Assembly (NCBI RefSeq): GCF_006345805.1
Contig: NW_021834286.1
Location: 351 to 64,350, forward strand
Length of the DNA: 64,000 bases
DNA from: Octopus sinensis
Taxonomy: Eukaryota
Direction of reading: 5' to 3'
The notes under the pieces were generated by a model, which worked only from the letters and a program-made list of their open reading frames with translations, was not told the DNA's origin and ran no database searches. Position numbers and translations under genes: made by a program. Shown piece by piece: positions 15,244 through 29,281 of the stretch. Positions within the stretch are counted from its first letter, which is position 1. Each line of letters starts with the position of its first letter.

Positions 15244-15712
15244 ATATCGATTTAAGTAATGCTCATTAAAATTATTGGACTATATCCGATTTAATACACA
15301 TCACAAACACGTAAGTACGTAAACTAATTAATTCCGTACACACCCTAGTTTACCATGAACACCTTTTAATATTTCAAAATAACATTAAGTAATGTATAAA
15401 CAAGCGCACATACATATACATAAGCGAATCGAATAAAATCAAACGACAAAGACTAGTCGTTATTGATCACAAACCATTAAACAGATATGTGTGTGTGTGT
15501 GAGTGTATGTATATGTGTATATATACACCCCATGGCATTAAACAAATATATACCCTACAAAGAAAAAATAAGAGTCGATATTAGTTTTTTTTACCATTTC
15601 TTTGTCTCATTTGGCTACATTTATTTGCGTATAATTATAGAAGCAGCGCTCTATCAAATTGTCTACGGTGATAAAACCCGGAGCCTAGTTGTAATACGAA
15701 AGTGTTAATGAC

Positions 15713-15803
<91 letters not shown>

Positions 15804-15806
15804 CTA

Positions 15807-15889
<83 letters not shown>

Positions 15890-15894
15890 TAACA

Positions 15895-15962
<68 letters not shown>

Positions 15963-15965
15963 AAT

Positions 15966-16842
<877 letters not shown>

Positions 16843-16866
16843 TAATAATAATAATAATAAAAATAC

Positions 16867-16905
<39 letters not shown>

Positions 16906-16906
<1 letters not shown>

Positions 16907-17502
16907 GTGATAAGTGCAAAATCTGTGGACAAAATGGTGGAACCGTATGGCATATTACCAGCCTATGTACGCCACTAGCCCAGAAAGAATATAAGAGACG
17001 CCACGACAATATAGCCAGGCTTGTCCATTGGACTCTTTGCAATAAGTATAGACTTTGCAGAGCAAAAAAGCGGTACGACGACAAACCTGAAGGTATCGTA
17101 TGGGATTTTATGATTCAGTGCAACGATGAGACAGAGCCGGATATATTCTTAATTCAGAAAGAAAACAAGCTATGCTAGATCATAGATATAGCATGCCCAG
17201 CTGACAACAAACAAAGACAAGTCGAGAGATATGACAGGTTCGCTTGGGAAGGAAAGCAGTTGTGGTCGATGAAAAAGGCAGCAGTAGTACAAATAATTGT
17301 CGGAGCCCTGGGAACAATGAGGAAAAATCTCGAGAAGTACATGGAACAAATAGGGGCTGTAAAAAGGGTGGAGCACTTGCAGAAAACAGCACTGCTTGGA
17401 ACCGCTCGAATACTCCCGAAGGTGATCGAAAAATAAGAGGTGTTACCTTAGTTCACTGGTAGTGAACAGCTGACACTGTAATACATCTCCAGCGTTAGAA
17501 GC
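16906..17502 (+). mobile_element. R4/Dong-like 3' fragment, family C (zinc knuckle + RLE)
   Basis: SDKCKICGQNGGTVWHITSLC (CCHC knuckle), RRHDNIARLVHW, EPDIFLI..IIDIACP (PD..D), IVGALG, LQKTALLGTARIL..* with an in-frame stop. Confidence 0.9.
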
Positions 17503-17515
17503 AATAAAAATAATG

Positions 17516-17577
<62 letters not shown>

Positions 17578-17584
17578 AATAATG

Positions 17585-17636
<52 letters not shown>

Positions 17637-17649
17637 CAATAATAATAAT

Positions 17650-18040
17650 ATCAGGGCTTCAAATTTTTGTACCATTGCAAGAATTTTTGTCAGAGAAGGA
17701 GTTGTTTATCAATCTCAGTTCCTGACTGGTACTCATTTTATCGACCTCGAATAGATGAAAAGCAAAGGACACTTGCGATGATAGTAAGACACTACCGATA
17801 TAATTTCTACCAGGAATAAGGACTAAAATATATGTCAAACCATCATCAATAATAATAATAATATTCCTTTCTAATATAGGCAAAATACCTGAAATTTCGG
17901 GGGAGGGGACTAGTCGATTACATCGACCTCAGTGCTCGACTGGTACTCGGTTGAATTAGAACTCAGAATATAAAGACGGACGAAATGCCGCAAGAATCTT
18001 GCACGGAATGCTAACGATTCAGCCATCTCGCCGCCTTAAA
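17650..18040 (-). mobile_element. SINE family 3, two adjacent degraded copies
   Basis: Homologous to 46070-46305 (tcgacctc..ttagaactcag..aagacggacgaaatgcc..gctaacgattc). Confidence 0.65.
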
Positions 18041-18163
18041 TAATAAACAATAATACAATTACAGCTGTGGAGCAACTGCGTAAAACGTGTTACCAGATGT
18101 TTTATAAAATGATCCCTCATTATTTACACTAAAATATCCCAACGCACAATATTAAACGAACGT

Positions 18164-18199
<36 letters not shown>

Positions 18200-18730
18200 G
18201 TGAACGCAGTCTCTCGCACACACGTACACAAACATACAGACGCATGCGGACAGATGAAATAAAAATGTGCTAGAAATGAGAGAAAAATATAGACAAAAAT
18301 ACAGACACTACGCTCATCCGTAATGTGTGTGCCACACTACGGATAAGCTACACTTCGTTAGTTGCCGATCAAAAAACATCATGATTTCAATACCCTCTGA
18401 CAATATTTCCCAATTAAGCGATGTCAGTGACATAAAGAAGTATGACGAGAGGTTCTAAAAGGTGTACAACGACAGAAAATAATTGAGACAATGACAAAAG
18501 GAGATAAACTGATGCCTGTTGACCGAACGGTAAATACTGGTGATTTCTGAGAAGTGGGGAATATATGTATGAATGTATACATAACTTTGTGTGTGTTAAT
18601 GTTTCGGTTTGTACATATATGCTTATACATACATACACATACACACACACATGCATATAAACACACACACATATGCGTATACGAATATATATGTATATGC
18701 GTATACATATGTATGTATGTGTATTATATA

Positions 18731-18772
<42 letters not shown>

Positions 18773-19190
18773 AGGCGTGGAGTGGCTGTGTGGGAAGTAG
18801 CTTGCTTACCAACCACATGCTTCCGGGTTCAGTGCCACTGCGTGGCACCTTGGACAAGTGTCTTCTACTGCAGCCTCGGGCCGACCAAAGCCTTGTGAGT
18901 GGATTTGGCAGACGGAAACTGAAAAGAAGCCCGTCGTATATATGTATATATATATGTACGTGTGTGTATATGTTTGTGTGTCTGTGTTTGTCCCTCAACA
19001 TCGCTTGACAACCGATGCTGGTGTGTTTACGTCTCCGTAACGTAGCGGTTCGGCAAAATAGATCGATAGAATAAGTACTAGGCTTACAAGTACTAGGCTT
19101 ACAAGTCCTGGTGTCGATTTGCTCGACTAAAGACGGTGCTCCAGCATGGACGCAGTCAAATGACTGAAACATGTAAAAGAGTAAAAGAGT
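18773..19190 (+). mobile_element. SINE family 1, full length (tRNA-derived head, central microsatellite)
   Basis: A-box-like TGGCTGTGTGG at 18783-18793, B-box-like GGTTCAGTGCC at 18826-18836, central (AT)/(GT) tract, 3' (gtaaaaga) repeats; multiple homologues in the window. Confidence 0.85.
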
Positions 19191-19995
19191 ATATATATAT
19201 ATAGTGAGAGAGAGAGAGAGAGAGAGGGAGAGATTGAGAGAGAACGAGAGAATAGTAAATATATATATGTCTTTACTACTCTCATATATATATGTGCGCG
19301 AGCCTGTGTCTGTGTATGTATGTGTACACGCGTACATATGCATACATACTCATATGCATATACACGTGTCAGATGAAGTGTGACGGAACAGGGAATTCTT
19401 TCCAAATGTGAACAGTTTGGAAAGGCATCATTATGTATCAGTACGTTAATAATAGCTCTGGAACTGTACTTTATGCAGTTTATGATATCATATCTCTCAC
19501 TCACTCCATTGTCTGCAATGTTTTGAATTATTTAGAATGGACTTGCTCACTACATGATAGACTTTGTAATATAGGTTGTTTTACATATATTCAAAAGAAG
19601 AAAATAACGATTATTCGTGACATTCCTTACACGTGATACGTCTCCATATTGGCTTTTGTTGCAAAAAAAAAAATTCTAAATCTTGCTGAAGATCGCTGTT
19701 GTCTAAATATTAACGAAGCACGAAAGTTATACAGGTAATGCGTGTGTTTACGTATTATATATTTACAGACACACTCGCACACACCATCATACACTCAAGC
19801 TCACATAAACTCACACGCATACACACATACGCTCACACGTATACACACATGCACGCATATATTGTGCGTGTGTTTTGAAAGTAAACCTTTAACCGAAAAT
19901 GTTCGTCTTTTCATATTTGTATGCACTGTATCTTGAATATAAATAACTCTTTTCAAGATTCAATGAAGTATTCTCAAGTTTTAATTTGTTCTATT

Positions 19996-21317
19996 ATCAA
20001 CAACCATACATTTATATGAGATTAACCTAATTTCTGATGTTATTGTCGGCTCTGGGTAATTTGTCACACATTTAAATTCTGCATCTTCAATATCTGTTCC
20101 AAACAAGAGTAAACGGTTTCGGAACAATGAAGCATATATTCTATCATTTTATCCACTTCTCACGTGAGCCAAGGTGTATAAAACAACTGACAACTACTAG
20201 GCAACAGTTATATCAATAGAGTCAGTCGACCTTGAAAACCGCCCACCTGCCTACCATAACACTTCAAATTGGACGATTGATATAGGGGTTCGGAGAGGAA
20301 CATTTTAAGCAGTAATTCGACTTGAAATAATTTGTAAATAAATCATCCTGACTCCACGCTATTTTATTATACAACGTATAACAAATACGTATATGCACTT
20401 GGTGTCTCAGACAGATGGTGTTACTACATCCAAAGTGTCTTGGAGCTGGAACACCAGAATAACTAGGAAAGTGCAGCCTAAATGACAAATAGTTGCGCAA
20501 GATATGTCAGTAGAAACATATCCCAGTCTCATGATCAGGATGCGGCCTGGCTACCTTAGATTATAAAGATTTAATGTGGGACAACCTTTCATTACAAAGG
20601 AGATGTTTCGCTGGATTTCTTCAGTTCTGTAGCTCTACCGAGGTATTTTACTGCCTATCAACAACCATACATTTATATGAGATTAACCTAATTTCTGATG
20701 TTATTGTCGGCTCTGGGTAATTTGTCACACATTTAAATTCTGCATCTTCAATATCTGTTCCAAACAAGAGTAAACGGTTTCGGAACAATGAAGCATATAT
20801 TCTATCATTTTATCCACTTCTCACATGAGCCAAGGTGTATAAAACAACTGACAACTACTAGGCAACAGTTATATCAATAGAGTCAGTCGACCTTGAAAAC
20901 CGCCCACCTGCCTACCATAACACTTCAAATTGGACGATTGATATAGGGGTTCGGAGAGGAACATTTTAAGCAGTAATTCGACTTGAAATAATTTGTAAAT
21001 AAATCATCCTGACTCCACGCTATTTTATTATACAACGTATAACAAATACGTATATGCACTTGGTGTCTCAGACAGATGGTGTTACTACATCCAAGTGTCT
21101 TGGAGCTGGAACACCAGAATAACTAGGAAGTGCAGCCTAAATGACAATAGTTTGCGCAAGATATGTCATTAGAAACATATCCCAGTCTCATGATCAGGAT
21201 GCGGCCTGGCTACCTTAGATTATAAAGATTTAATGTGGGACAACCTTTCATTACAAAGGAGATGTTTCGCTGGATTTCTTCAGTTCTGTAGCTCTACCGA
21301 GGTATTTTACTGCCTAT
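19996..21317. repeat. Direct tandem duplication, 2 x ~660 bp, ~99% identical
   Basis: tcaacaaccatacatt at 19997 and 20658; both units end ctgcctat. Few differences, mostly 1-bp homopolymer indels. Confidence 0.95.
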
Positions 21318-21629
21318 TTATATGTGCGCATAACTGGAGCTGAAAGAGCGAAGCTGAATTTGCATTCAAGTTAAAACATTTCGACCAACAAATTTTCTAA
21401 GGTTGATCAAAACGAAATAGAATTTAAAACAATTATTAATTTAATTTAATTAATCTAATCAACATCACATGTTCCAAAACTATAAGTTATGCGTCGAGAT
21501 TACAAGGAAATCAAGTTATCTCAAATTGAAATCTCTCAATAATCCTTCGTACATGTCGAATAAACTAACAAGTATGCGAATATCCACACACTAATTCTCA
21601 AGAACATACGTAAATATTCATAGGTTTCA

Positions 21630-21830
21630 AATTTTGCTACAAAGCCAGCAGTTTTGTAGCAGGCTTTAGTTCGATTAAATTACCTCCAGTGCTCAACTAG
21701 ATCATATTTTATCAACATCGAATGGACGAAGGCGCAGTCAATCCCTGAAGAATTTAGTCTCAGAATTTAAAGACGGACGAAATGCCACTAAGCATTCTGC
21801 TCAGGGTGATGACGATTCTACCAGCTCACT
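21630..21830 (-). mobile_element. SINE family 3, degraded
   Basis: aaagacggacgaaatgccactaagcattctgctc..gacgattctaccagctc matches the family head in reverse. Confidence 0.6.
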
Positions 21831-23148
21831 GTATTTAAACGTACGTATTTATCGCACATAAAACTATTCGTTCGAGAAGAAATATCATTGTTTGCAGAAT
21901 ATAGATGTCAGTCAAAAACATTGTCATAGTGAAGCAATAGGTATCAGAACCAGTACCAAAGAAAAGCGTGCTGCATTCTCAATAGGCTAACCTAAGTACA
22001 ATCCTTAGCACTGCCATAGGTAATATCTCAAGACAAAAAGTTCTTACATCTTTTAATCGTATTAGGACTTTCAGCTAGGAATATTCTTCTATTCAGTTCC
22101 CTTGGAGAACAAATATCTAGCGTGTTCCATATCTTAAAGAATATTCCATATATTGAAAAAAAACTTCGATTAACAGAGATAATCGATACAATTAATGCTC
22201 AAAGTACCAACTACCCAAAGTTTGTTTAAAAATTTGTTAAGAACATGCAACGATGATATTATTAACAATATTATTAGCCGACTGATTTGTTGGGAAATAC
22301 AGATGTCAGGTAGGAATTGAGCTCGTCTCTAATGGCAACTGATGAAATTAATGCCAAATAACGTAAGTATTTGGACATGTTTCTGATTCATTTGTCCGCT
22401 TCAAGGAAGTATACTCTGCTCCATTGGCAAGGCTGGAAGGGATCAGTATATTTGAAAGGTAGATTTTAGATGAGATATAAAGTGAACACCAAAGAGAAAC
22501 TTAATAAGCTTGTACTAAATACTGCAGCGAGGTTAAGTTAACTAAGAACTCAATAGGGCAGTGACTGGCAGCTAGATATTGCAAACACAACTCCCTGAAA
22601 TTACAACGTTAAATGTGGATATCACATTGGATAAGGATGCGATAAGAAAAAAGATGTTCGCATGTGGAAATACTTTGATGATAGGCCTGCACAATTGCGG
22701 TTAATAATAAAAGAAGTCAACTGTAGTCAGCAAGTAGTTTATGAATGCATTCTAAAGCGAAGAGCAAGGAAACTGTATTCTTCAACTGTATTCTTAAGAG
22801 GACAGATTGAATATAAAAAAAGAGGGGAAAGAATGCAAGTGGAGAAGAAGACAAAAATAGTCACACATCAGTTTCTGTGGTAAGAAATAAAATAACCAGA
22901 AAAAGAGAAAAAATATGAAGTTGCTCAGCAAATAATTGATCGTGCTATACAGCGAAGTGACCAAATATTATATGTACGCACACGAACAAATGGAGAAATA
23001 CTCAAATCTGCATATACACAGGCACAAGCATATACACACTTAGAGCAGCATATTCAGACAGTAAAGCAAGCGTATTAGCATTGTAGGTATACACGTAAGA
23101 ATGTGTGCATGAATGAAGGTAGTCGTATGTCTGTATATGTTTATACGC

Positions 23149-23186
<38 letters not shown>

Positions 23187-23197
23187 GAGCTTCAGTG

Positions 23198-23290
<93 letters not shown>

Positions 23291-23299
23291 GTGAGTGTG

Positions 23300-23640
23300 C
23301 GTGTTTGTGATTGGCTTTGTGGTAAGAAACTTGCTTCCCAACCACATGGTTCCGGGTTCAGTCTCACTGCGTGGCAACTTCGGTAGGTGTCTTCTAGTAT
23401 AGCCTCAGACCGACCAAAGCCTTGTGAATACATCTGGTAGATGGAAACTAAAAGAAGCTAGTCGTATATATATATATATATGTAATTGTGCGAATGTGCT
23501 TGGCCCCACACCATCGTCTGATAACCGATGTAAATACTAGGCTTACAAAAAGTAAAGCCTAGTGTCGATTTGTTTGAGTAAAGGGCGGTGCTCCAGTATG
23601 ACCGCAGTCAAATTACTGAAACAGGTAAACGAATAACAGA
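23300..23640 (+). mobile_element. SINE family 1
   Basis: tggctttgtggtaagaaacttgcttcccaaccacatggttccgggttcagtc through ggcggtgctccagtatgaccgcagtcaaattactgaaac. Confidence 0.85.
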
Positions 23641-23647
23641 ATATATA

Positions 23648-23701
<54 letters not shown>

Positions 23702-24086
23702 TATGATGAGGGTAGTTCGTTTGTGTACGAATATCCACGTATGTATACACACACACACTAACACATACACACACGTATATATATTCGTCTTTTTCTCTCC
23801 CTACTGGTATCCTTTTCCCAGTGCCGAAACACACTAGCTCAGAAATTAGGTCTCTGCACAAGATACATCATTGACATCTTCATCATTTGACTCCGGACAA
23901 TTGTCTACTTATCTTTTTTATAGATCTTTCCAGTTTCTCTAATGCCGTTGTGTGGCCAAATACACCTTTTCCATCGGACGAATTTCGGTAACAATGGTTC
24001 TGCCTGTTATGTCTGAGCCACCGCCAGCATACGACCAGATAAACCATTTTGCTATATGTAGCACTGCCCGTTGTATTTACTTCTCC

Positions 24087-24270
24087 CTTCTTCTTCTTCT
24101 TCTTCTTCTTCTTCTTCTTCTTCTTCTTCTTCTTCTTCTTCTTCTTCTTCTTCTTCTTCTTCTTCTTCTTCTTCTTCTTCTTCTTCTTTCTTCTTCTTCT
24201 TCTTCTTCTTCTTCTTCTTCTTCTCGTCGTCGTCGTCTTCTTCTTCTTCTTCTTCTTCTTCTTCTTCTTG
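24087..24270. repeat. (TTC)n/(GAA)n microsatellite, about 180 bp
   Basis: Seen directly; source of the poly-L/F/S/E ORFs in the track. Confidence 0.95.
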
Positions 24271-24761
24271 TCGTCTATTTAAATCGTCTTTCTTTTCATC
24301 CACCCTCCTTCCATTTCTCCCACCTATCACTGAACGTATCCCCCACTCCTGCTTATACCACCCCACTGCATAATATCTTCCCCCATATACTTATCCCACA
24401 AACGCACGTTAACTTGTTTTCTTTTTTATTTCCTTTACGCACTTTAAATCTTTTCTTTTTTATTTTCTCTGAAATATTCCAAACAAGGTTTGAAGGACGC
24501 ATAACGTAATAGCACACCTTTGATGCAAGTCTGCGGAAGTGCATCTTCAATGTCTAAAACCGTAAATATTTCATGATTTTTCTTTTATAATTTTCGCGTA
24601 AAGTGGCATTGCAAATGGAGATGGTACGCAAACGTTTGTAACTTACAATTAAATGTGTGTTAAGGAATTGTCTTTGCTTTCTTTTCATTATATCCATAAA
24701 TAAATAAATATATATATATATATATATATTTATTTATTTATTTTATTTATTTTTATTTTTA

Positions 24762-24843
24762 TCTAGTTTCAGCTCACGAGCTGTGGCCATGCTGGGGCAC
24801 CGCCATTTATGCTGGGGCACATCCATTTGCTGGGGCACCGCCA
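24762..24843 (-). mobile_element. SINE 3'-end fragment with a locally triplicated tgctggggcac unit
   Basis: atctagtttcagctcacgagctgtggccatgctggggcaccgcc followed by two more tgctggggcac units. Confidence 0.55.
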
Positions 24844-24853
24844 TACATATATG

Positions 24854-24924
<71 letters not shown>

Positions 24925-24980
24925 TTTTAAAATTATAAGTATATGAAAGAATGGAGTTGAACGACTAGTTAACAAATATC

Positions 24981-25075
24981 CTTTATTCTCGACATATGTT
25001 TCGAAGGCTGCATATTCCTAATTCCGAAGGAATAAGGAGTACATTATGCAGATTTCTCATCAGGAAAATCAAGGA
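24981..25075 (-). ncRNA. Type I hammerhead ribozyme with canonical core (CUGAUGA / GAAA / GUC), in a PLE-like terminal repeat
   Basis: Minus: CCTTGATTTTC-CTGATGA-GAAATCTGCATA...TATGCAGCCTTC-GAAA-C-ATAT-GT-C-GAGAATAAAGG. Stem I 10/11 pairs, G10.1-C11.1 pair, long stem II, palindromic ACATATGT stem III. Predicted cut after C at 24992. Confidence 0.85.
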
Positions 25076-25234
25076 ACTTATGTCGACATCAAAATGCACA
25101 AAAACTCTTTCTGATGTGAATTTGCTACCCAGGTATCGGTTATCTTTCGAATTATCCTTAATAAGATAATTCATTCAATTACTCAAATATATATATAAAT
25201 ATATATATTAAGAGGGAGTGAGAGACAGTGAGAA

Positions 25235-25279
<45 letters not shown>

Positions 25280-26264
25280 TGGCTGTATACAGTATATAAG
25301 CAACAAATCACTGCTAACTGTTTTAATGCAAAAACAAAAATCACAAACCGGTGCATTCAGAAGTAGAATATATCGGACACACGTATATAGGCAAGTATTC
25401 GATCACATATACACTGACACACACAAATGCTCATACTCGTGGATATATAGGAAAACGCAGATATGTGTGTGTGTGTGTGTGTGTGTAACATGAACCCCTA
25501 AACTAAAGATTACTGCATAGGTATGGTATATAAAGACTAATAAAATTGTGTTTCATGATAGTATACGTTGTTTTATGCAAAGAAACAATAATAGTTGAAC
25601 TATTCTTTGTAAAGATAGAGGATGGAGACACCACCTATTTATCGATATTATTTCTATGGGCAATACGACAAATACAAATTAATTTACAAGTGCTCAACTC
25701 TACTTCTATCTTTCACGATCTCACATGCACACACACTCACACACACGCACACATATAAATATATATATATATATATACACAATTATATATATGTATACAT
25801 GCATACACACATACATATATGTATATATTTATGCATTTATACATACATATATATAAGTGTATGGGTATAAACAACTCTACCTCTATCTCTCACTGTCTCA
25901 CATACACATACCTCCACACACACAAACACATTCACGCACACATATACATATATAAACGCAGTTATATATATATATAAAGACACACATATATATATATGCA
26001 TTTATACGTACATATATATATATATATATGTATATATATATGCATGTGTGTATATATTTTATATATGTATATACATGTGTGTGTGTGTGTGTGTGTGTAC
26101 ACACATACATATATGTATACACACACGTATATACCGACAGACGTACACATGGACGCGTGTGTCTAATTATATATATGCCTTACAATTCATGATAAAGTCC
26201 TTTTCTCTATTTTTTCTTTTATTATTTATTTTTTTTTTTTTGGCAGATATATTTGAATTAATTA

Positions 26265-26950
26265 AAATACATGACCTATCGAACTCATGGACTTCGAAAG
26301 AGGACACATTGTTAGAACGAGCATTGCTGGAATATCACTCAGCAAAACTGCAGAATTGTTTGATATTTCGATATGTACCGTCACGAAAACCATGTTGGTA
26401 TTCCAAAACCAAAGCAAAATTTTTCTGACAAGAATAATTCTGGATCGAAAGCAAAAAACAAGAAAAACACAGAGAGCGATTGCAGGACGCTGAAACTTAC
26501 TTTATCTGAAACCGATGAAACTACGACAGTAAAAATGACAGCAAATATAAACCATCATCTTACTAAAAAAATCTTTCAACCAAAAACAATTCGTTTTGTG
26601 CGCCATAAAACAGGATATCATGAGACGACTGTTATGCTAAGCCTACCTCATTAATAGTTATAAATGGACAAAATGTATTTAGACTGTTGGAGGAGGTCAA
26701 TGACGCAATTCGATGATGTAGTTTTCTCTCATTATTCGAGGAGTTTGTCTAGAAACAGCCCTATGAACACTTCATCCGTATTTTAGTTCTTAACCATGAA
26801 CCATGTAGGATGATTTGTGATGATCTGGTCCTTCGATTGTCTGTCTGGCAGATTTAATGCCAAACATTGTCTGAAGATTTTAGTTCATATTTATCGTATG
26901 ATACAAATATTTTTTCTCTGGTAATTGTCTTGGCTTTAAAACAGAAGTAA
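26265..26950 (+). mobile_element. Tc1-like transposase pseudogene (N-terminal HTH region to start of catalytic domain)
   Basis: DFERGHIVRTSIAGISLSKTAELFDISICTVTKTM..NNSG..SDCRTLK..TTTVKMTANINHHL..KTIR..HKTGYH follows the Tc1 pattern DFERGQIVG..SVTKTA..SRATVS..NSGRK..RDRRTLKR..TAAKVTAELN; frameshifted. Confidence 0.85.
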
Positions 26951-27599
26951 TGGAATAAAAGGGTAGTTTGCTATTGCATATACAAACTTAGATAAACGAT
27001 GATATATTTCCATTAGTTTTATCCCTGGCCATATCTATTTTAATTGTTCAATCTCTAAATTATTATAACTAATAGAGTGTAGTACTATGCCGAGGCTTAT
27101 CCAAATACAGGTGGTTCGTTTGGAATTACTCGCAGGAACTTGTCAAAAAAACAGTATGATGTTAACGGGACTAGGTTTTTTAATTGATTTATTTCGGAAT
27201 AATATTACATAACCCAGTGCGAGGTGAGGTAACAGAGTTTCATAACAAAATCAAAATTACTTATACCACTTTATGTGATACGAGAATTTGAGGTGTAGAA
27301 AGTATTTGATGTGCTATTGGCAATCATTTGGTTAGCATATGTGAGCGCTCTCAGCTGTGATGTAGGATCACGAGAGTCCTTGTTTTAGGTGCTCCAACTA
27401 AAAACGGCCTGGCATTTATTCATTGAAATATACATATGTATTACTAGAGGTACGTTTATACAGACATACATACATACATATATACATACACACACATACA
27501 CACACACACACACACACACATATATAGATATATAATTGACAGATTGAGATTAAAAAATCCAAGGCTGTGAATAGTTTTCAGAAAATTTATAAAGAGACA

Positions 27600-27647
27600 G
27601 TCTTGCAGCTGTTTCCGAGATATTTTATAAATCCCTTCATCAGAGAC
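27600..27647 (-). ncRNA. Degenerate hammerhead motif (U16.1-to-C)
   Basis: Minus: GTCT-CTGATGA-A-GGGAT..ATCTC-G-GAAA-C-AGCT-GC-A-AGAC. Stems I and II pair; the cleavage triplet is GCA instead of GUA. Confidence 0.55.
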
Positions 27648-28036
27648 AGTGCGAGAAAAGGATTAAGTAATAATTATTGTAGAGATAGTATGAAATACAG
27701 ATGGAAGTGAAGGAATGAAAATATAATTAAGATACGTAATGATACACACACACAAACACACACATATATATATATATATATATATGTGTGTGTATATACA
27801 TATGTGTATATATATATGTATATATATATAAGCGCATGTGACAGGGTACGGGAACTTGCATCAATTCTGATATGTGCCTGCATCCTCATATCATATATTG
27901 AAAATGGCTGCTTTAAAATACTCATACGGGTACACGAACAGTTGCACATATACATGTGGGTGCTTGGAAGGAATTATCGAGAGCATGTATACATACATAC
28001 ATACATACGTACATATATGTATAGTATATATATGTG

Positions 28037-28113
<77 letters not shown>

Positions 28114-28124
28114 AGAGATAAATT

Positions 28125-28168
<44 letters not shown>

Positions 28169-28229
28169 GATATGTGTTTCTGTGAGTATGCGTGTGTATT
28201 TGGAGGGGTATATATATATATATATATAT

Positions 28230-28501
28230 GGAGGCGCAATGGCCCAGTGGTTAGGGCAGCGGACTCGCGGTCGGAGGATCGCGGTTTCGATTCCCAGACC
28301 GGCCGTTGTGTGTGTTTATTGAGCGAAAACACCTAAAAGTTCCACGATGCTCCGGCAGGGGATGGTGATCCCTGCTGTACTCTTTCACCACTCTTTTTCC
28401 CATTCTTTCTTCTGTTGGCGTCGTTCGAGGGCTAAAACAATGCGAACGCATTGTGACCAGCGATGTGTAGCAACATCTGATGGTCTGGTCTGTCACGTCA
28501 T

Positions 28502-28510
<9 letters not shown>
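28230..28510 (+). mobile_element. SINE family 2, full length (tRNA-derived)
   Basis: A box TGGCCCAGTGG at 28240-28250, B box GTTTCGATTCC at 28284-28294; homologue at 42900-43207; flanked by (TA)n. Confidence 0.85.
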
Positions 28511-28551
<41 letters not shown>

Positions 28552-28783
28552 CATAATTAAATCTCAGAATGAGATTGAAACAGTAATCGAAACACGGAAA
28601 CACACACATACACACTAAGCAAACACATATATCTTATACATATACACAGGAATATTGATGAAGGTTGATGAGGATGATGATAATGAAGATACTCATGAAC
28701 CTAATGATGAAGATTATGAAAATGGTGATATTGATGATAATCTGCCGTCTATTCATCGTCGTAGGCATGTCCACCTCATTTAC

Positions 28784-28844
28784 CTGAGTAACCGGGCGGG
28801 GGAGGGTAGAGCTTGGTGCGAAAATCAGATCTGACGGGTAAATA
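28784..28844 (-). CDS. Candidate small exon of an unidentified gene
   Basis: Minus: acceptors taatcccttAG or tttacccgtcAG, donor cag|GTAAAT. GC-rich island; open frames [20 protein letters not shown] or [20 protein letters not shown]. Confidence 0.25.
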
Positions 28845-28887
28845 CTAAGGGATTAACAGTTAATATAAGATGTGCAAATATGTATAT

Positions 28888-28923
<36 letters not shown>

Positions 28924-29060
28924 TAACAGCTTTCTGTCCATGTCGCACAGGATATGTGTGAGTACTTCTGATGTTGTGTAAATTATGTATATATAAAAAC
29001 ACAAAAATGAGTGTGTGTATATATGTATATATATGTCTACATATATATGTATATATATAC

Positions 29061-29091
<31 letters not shown>

Positions 29092-29161
29092 CATATATAT
29101 ATGTAGTATATATATTGTATACATATAATATATATATACTATATATATATATGTAATATAT

Positions 29162-29215
<54 letters not shown>

Positions 29216-29220
29216 TATGT

Positions 29221-29281
<61 letters not shown>

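Noticed and set aside
18312-18346. Hairpin gctcatccgta-atgtg-tgc-cacac-tacggataagc
   Set aside because: Only ~15 bp; too short for a pre-miRNA, and no CTRR end to support a Helitron terminus.
20601-20630. Minus-strand CTGAAGA..GAAAC motif (repeated ~660 bp downstream)
   Set aside because: No stem II pairing and no GUH; not counted among the 11 hammerheads.
21850-22900. Coding-like non-repetitive stretch (WQGWKGSVYLKGR, NKLVLNT)
   Set aside because: Faint L1/Tx1 or CR1 resemblance, but too many stops to classify.
23850-24086. GC-richer island giving SEPPPAYDQI on the + strand (ORF 23952-24509)
   Set aside because: In-frame stop just upstream, the ORF runs into (TTC)n, and no consistent splice signals; may be a repeat fragment.
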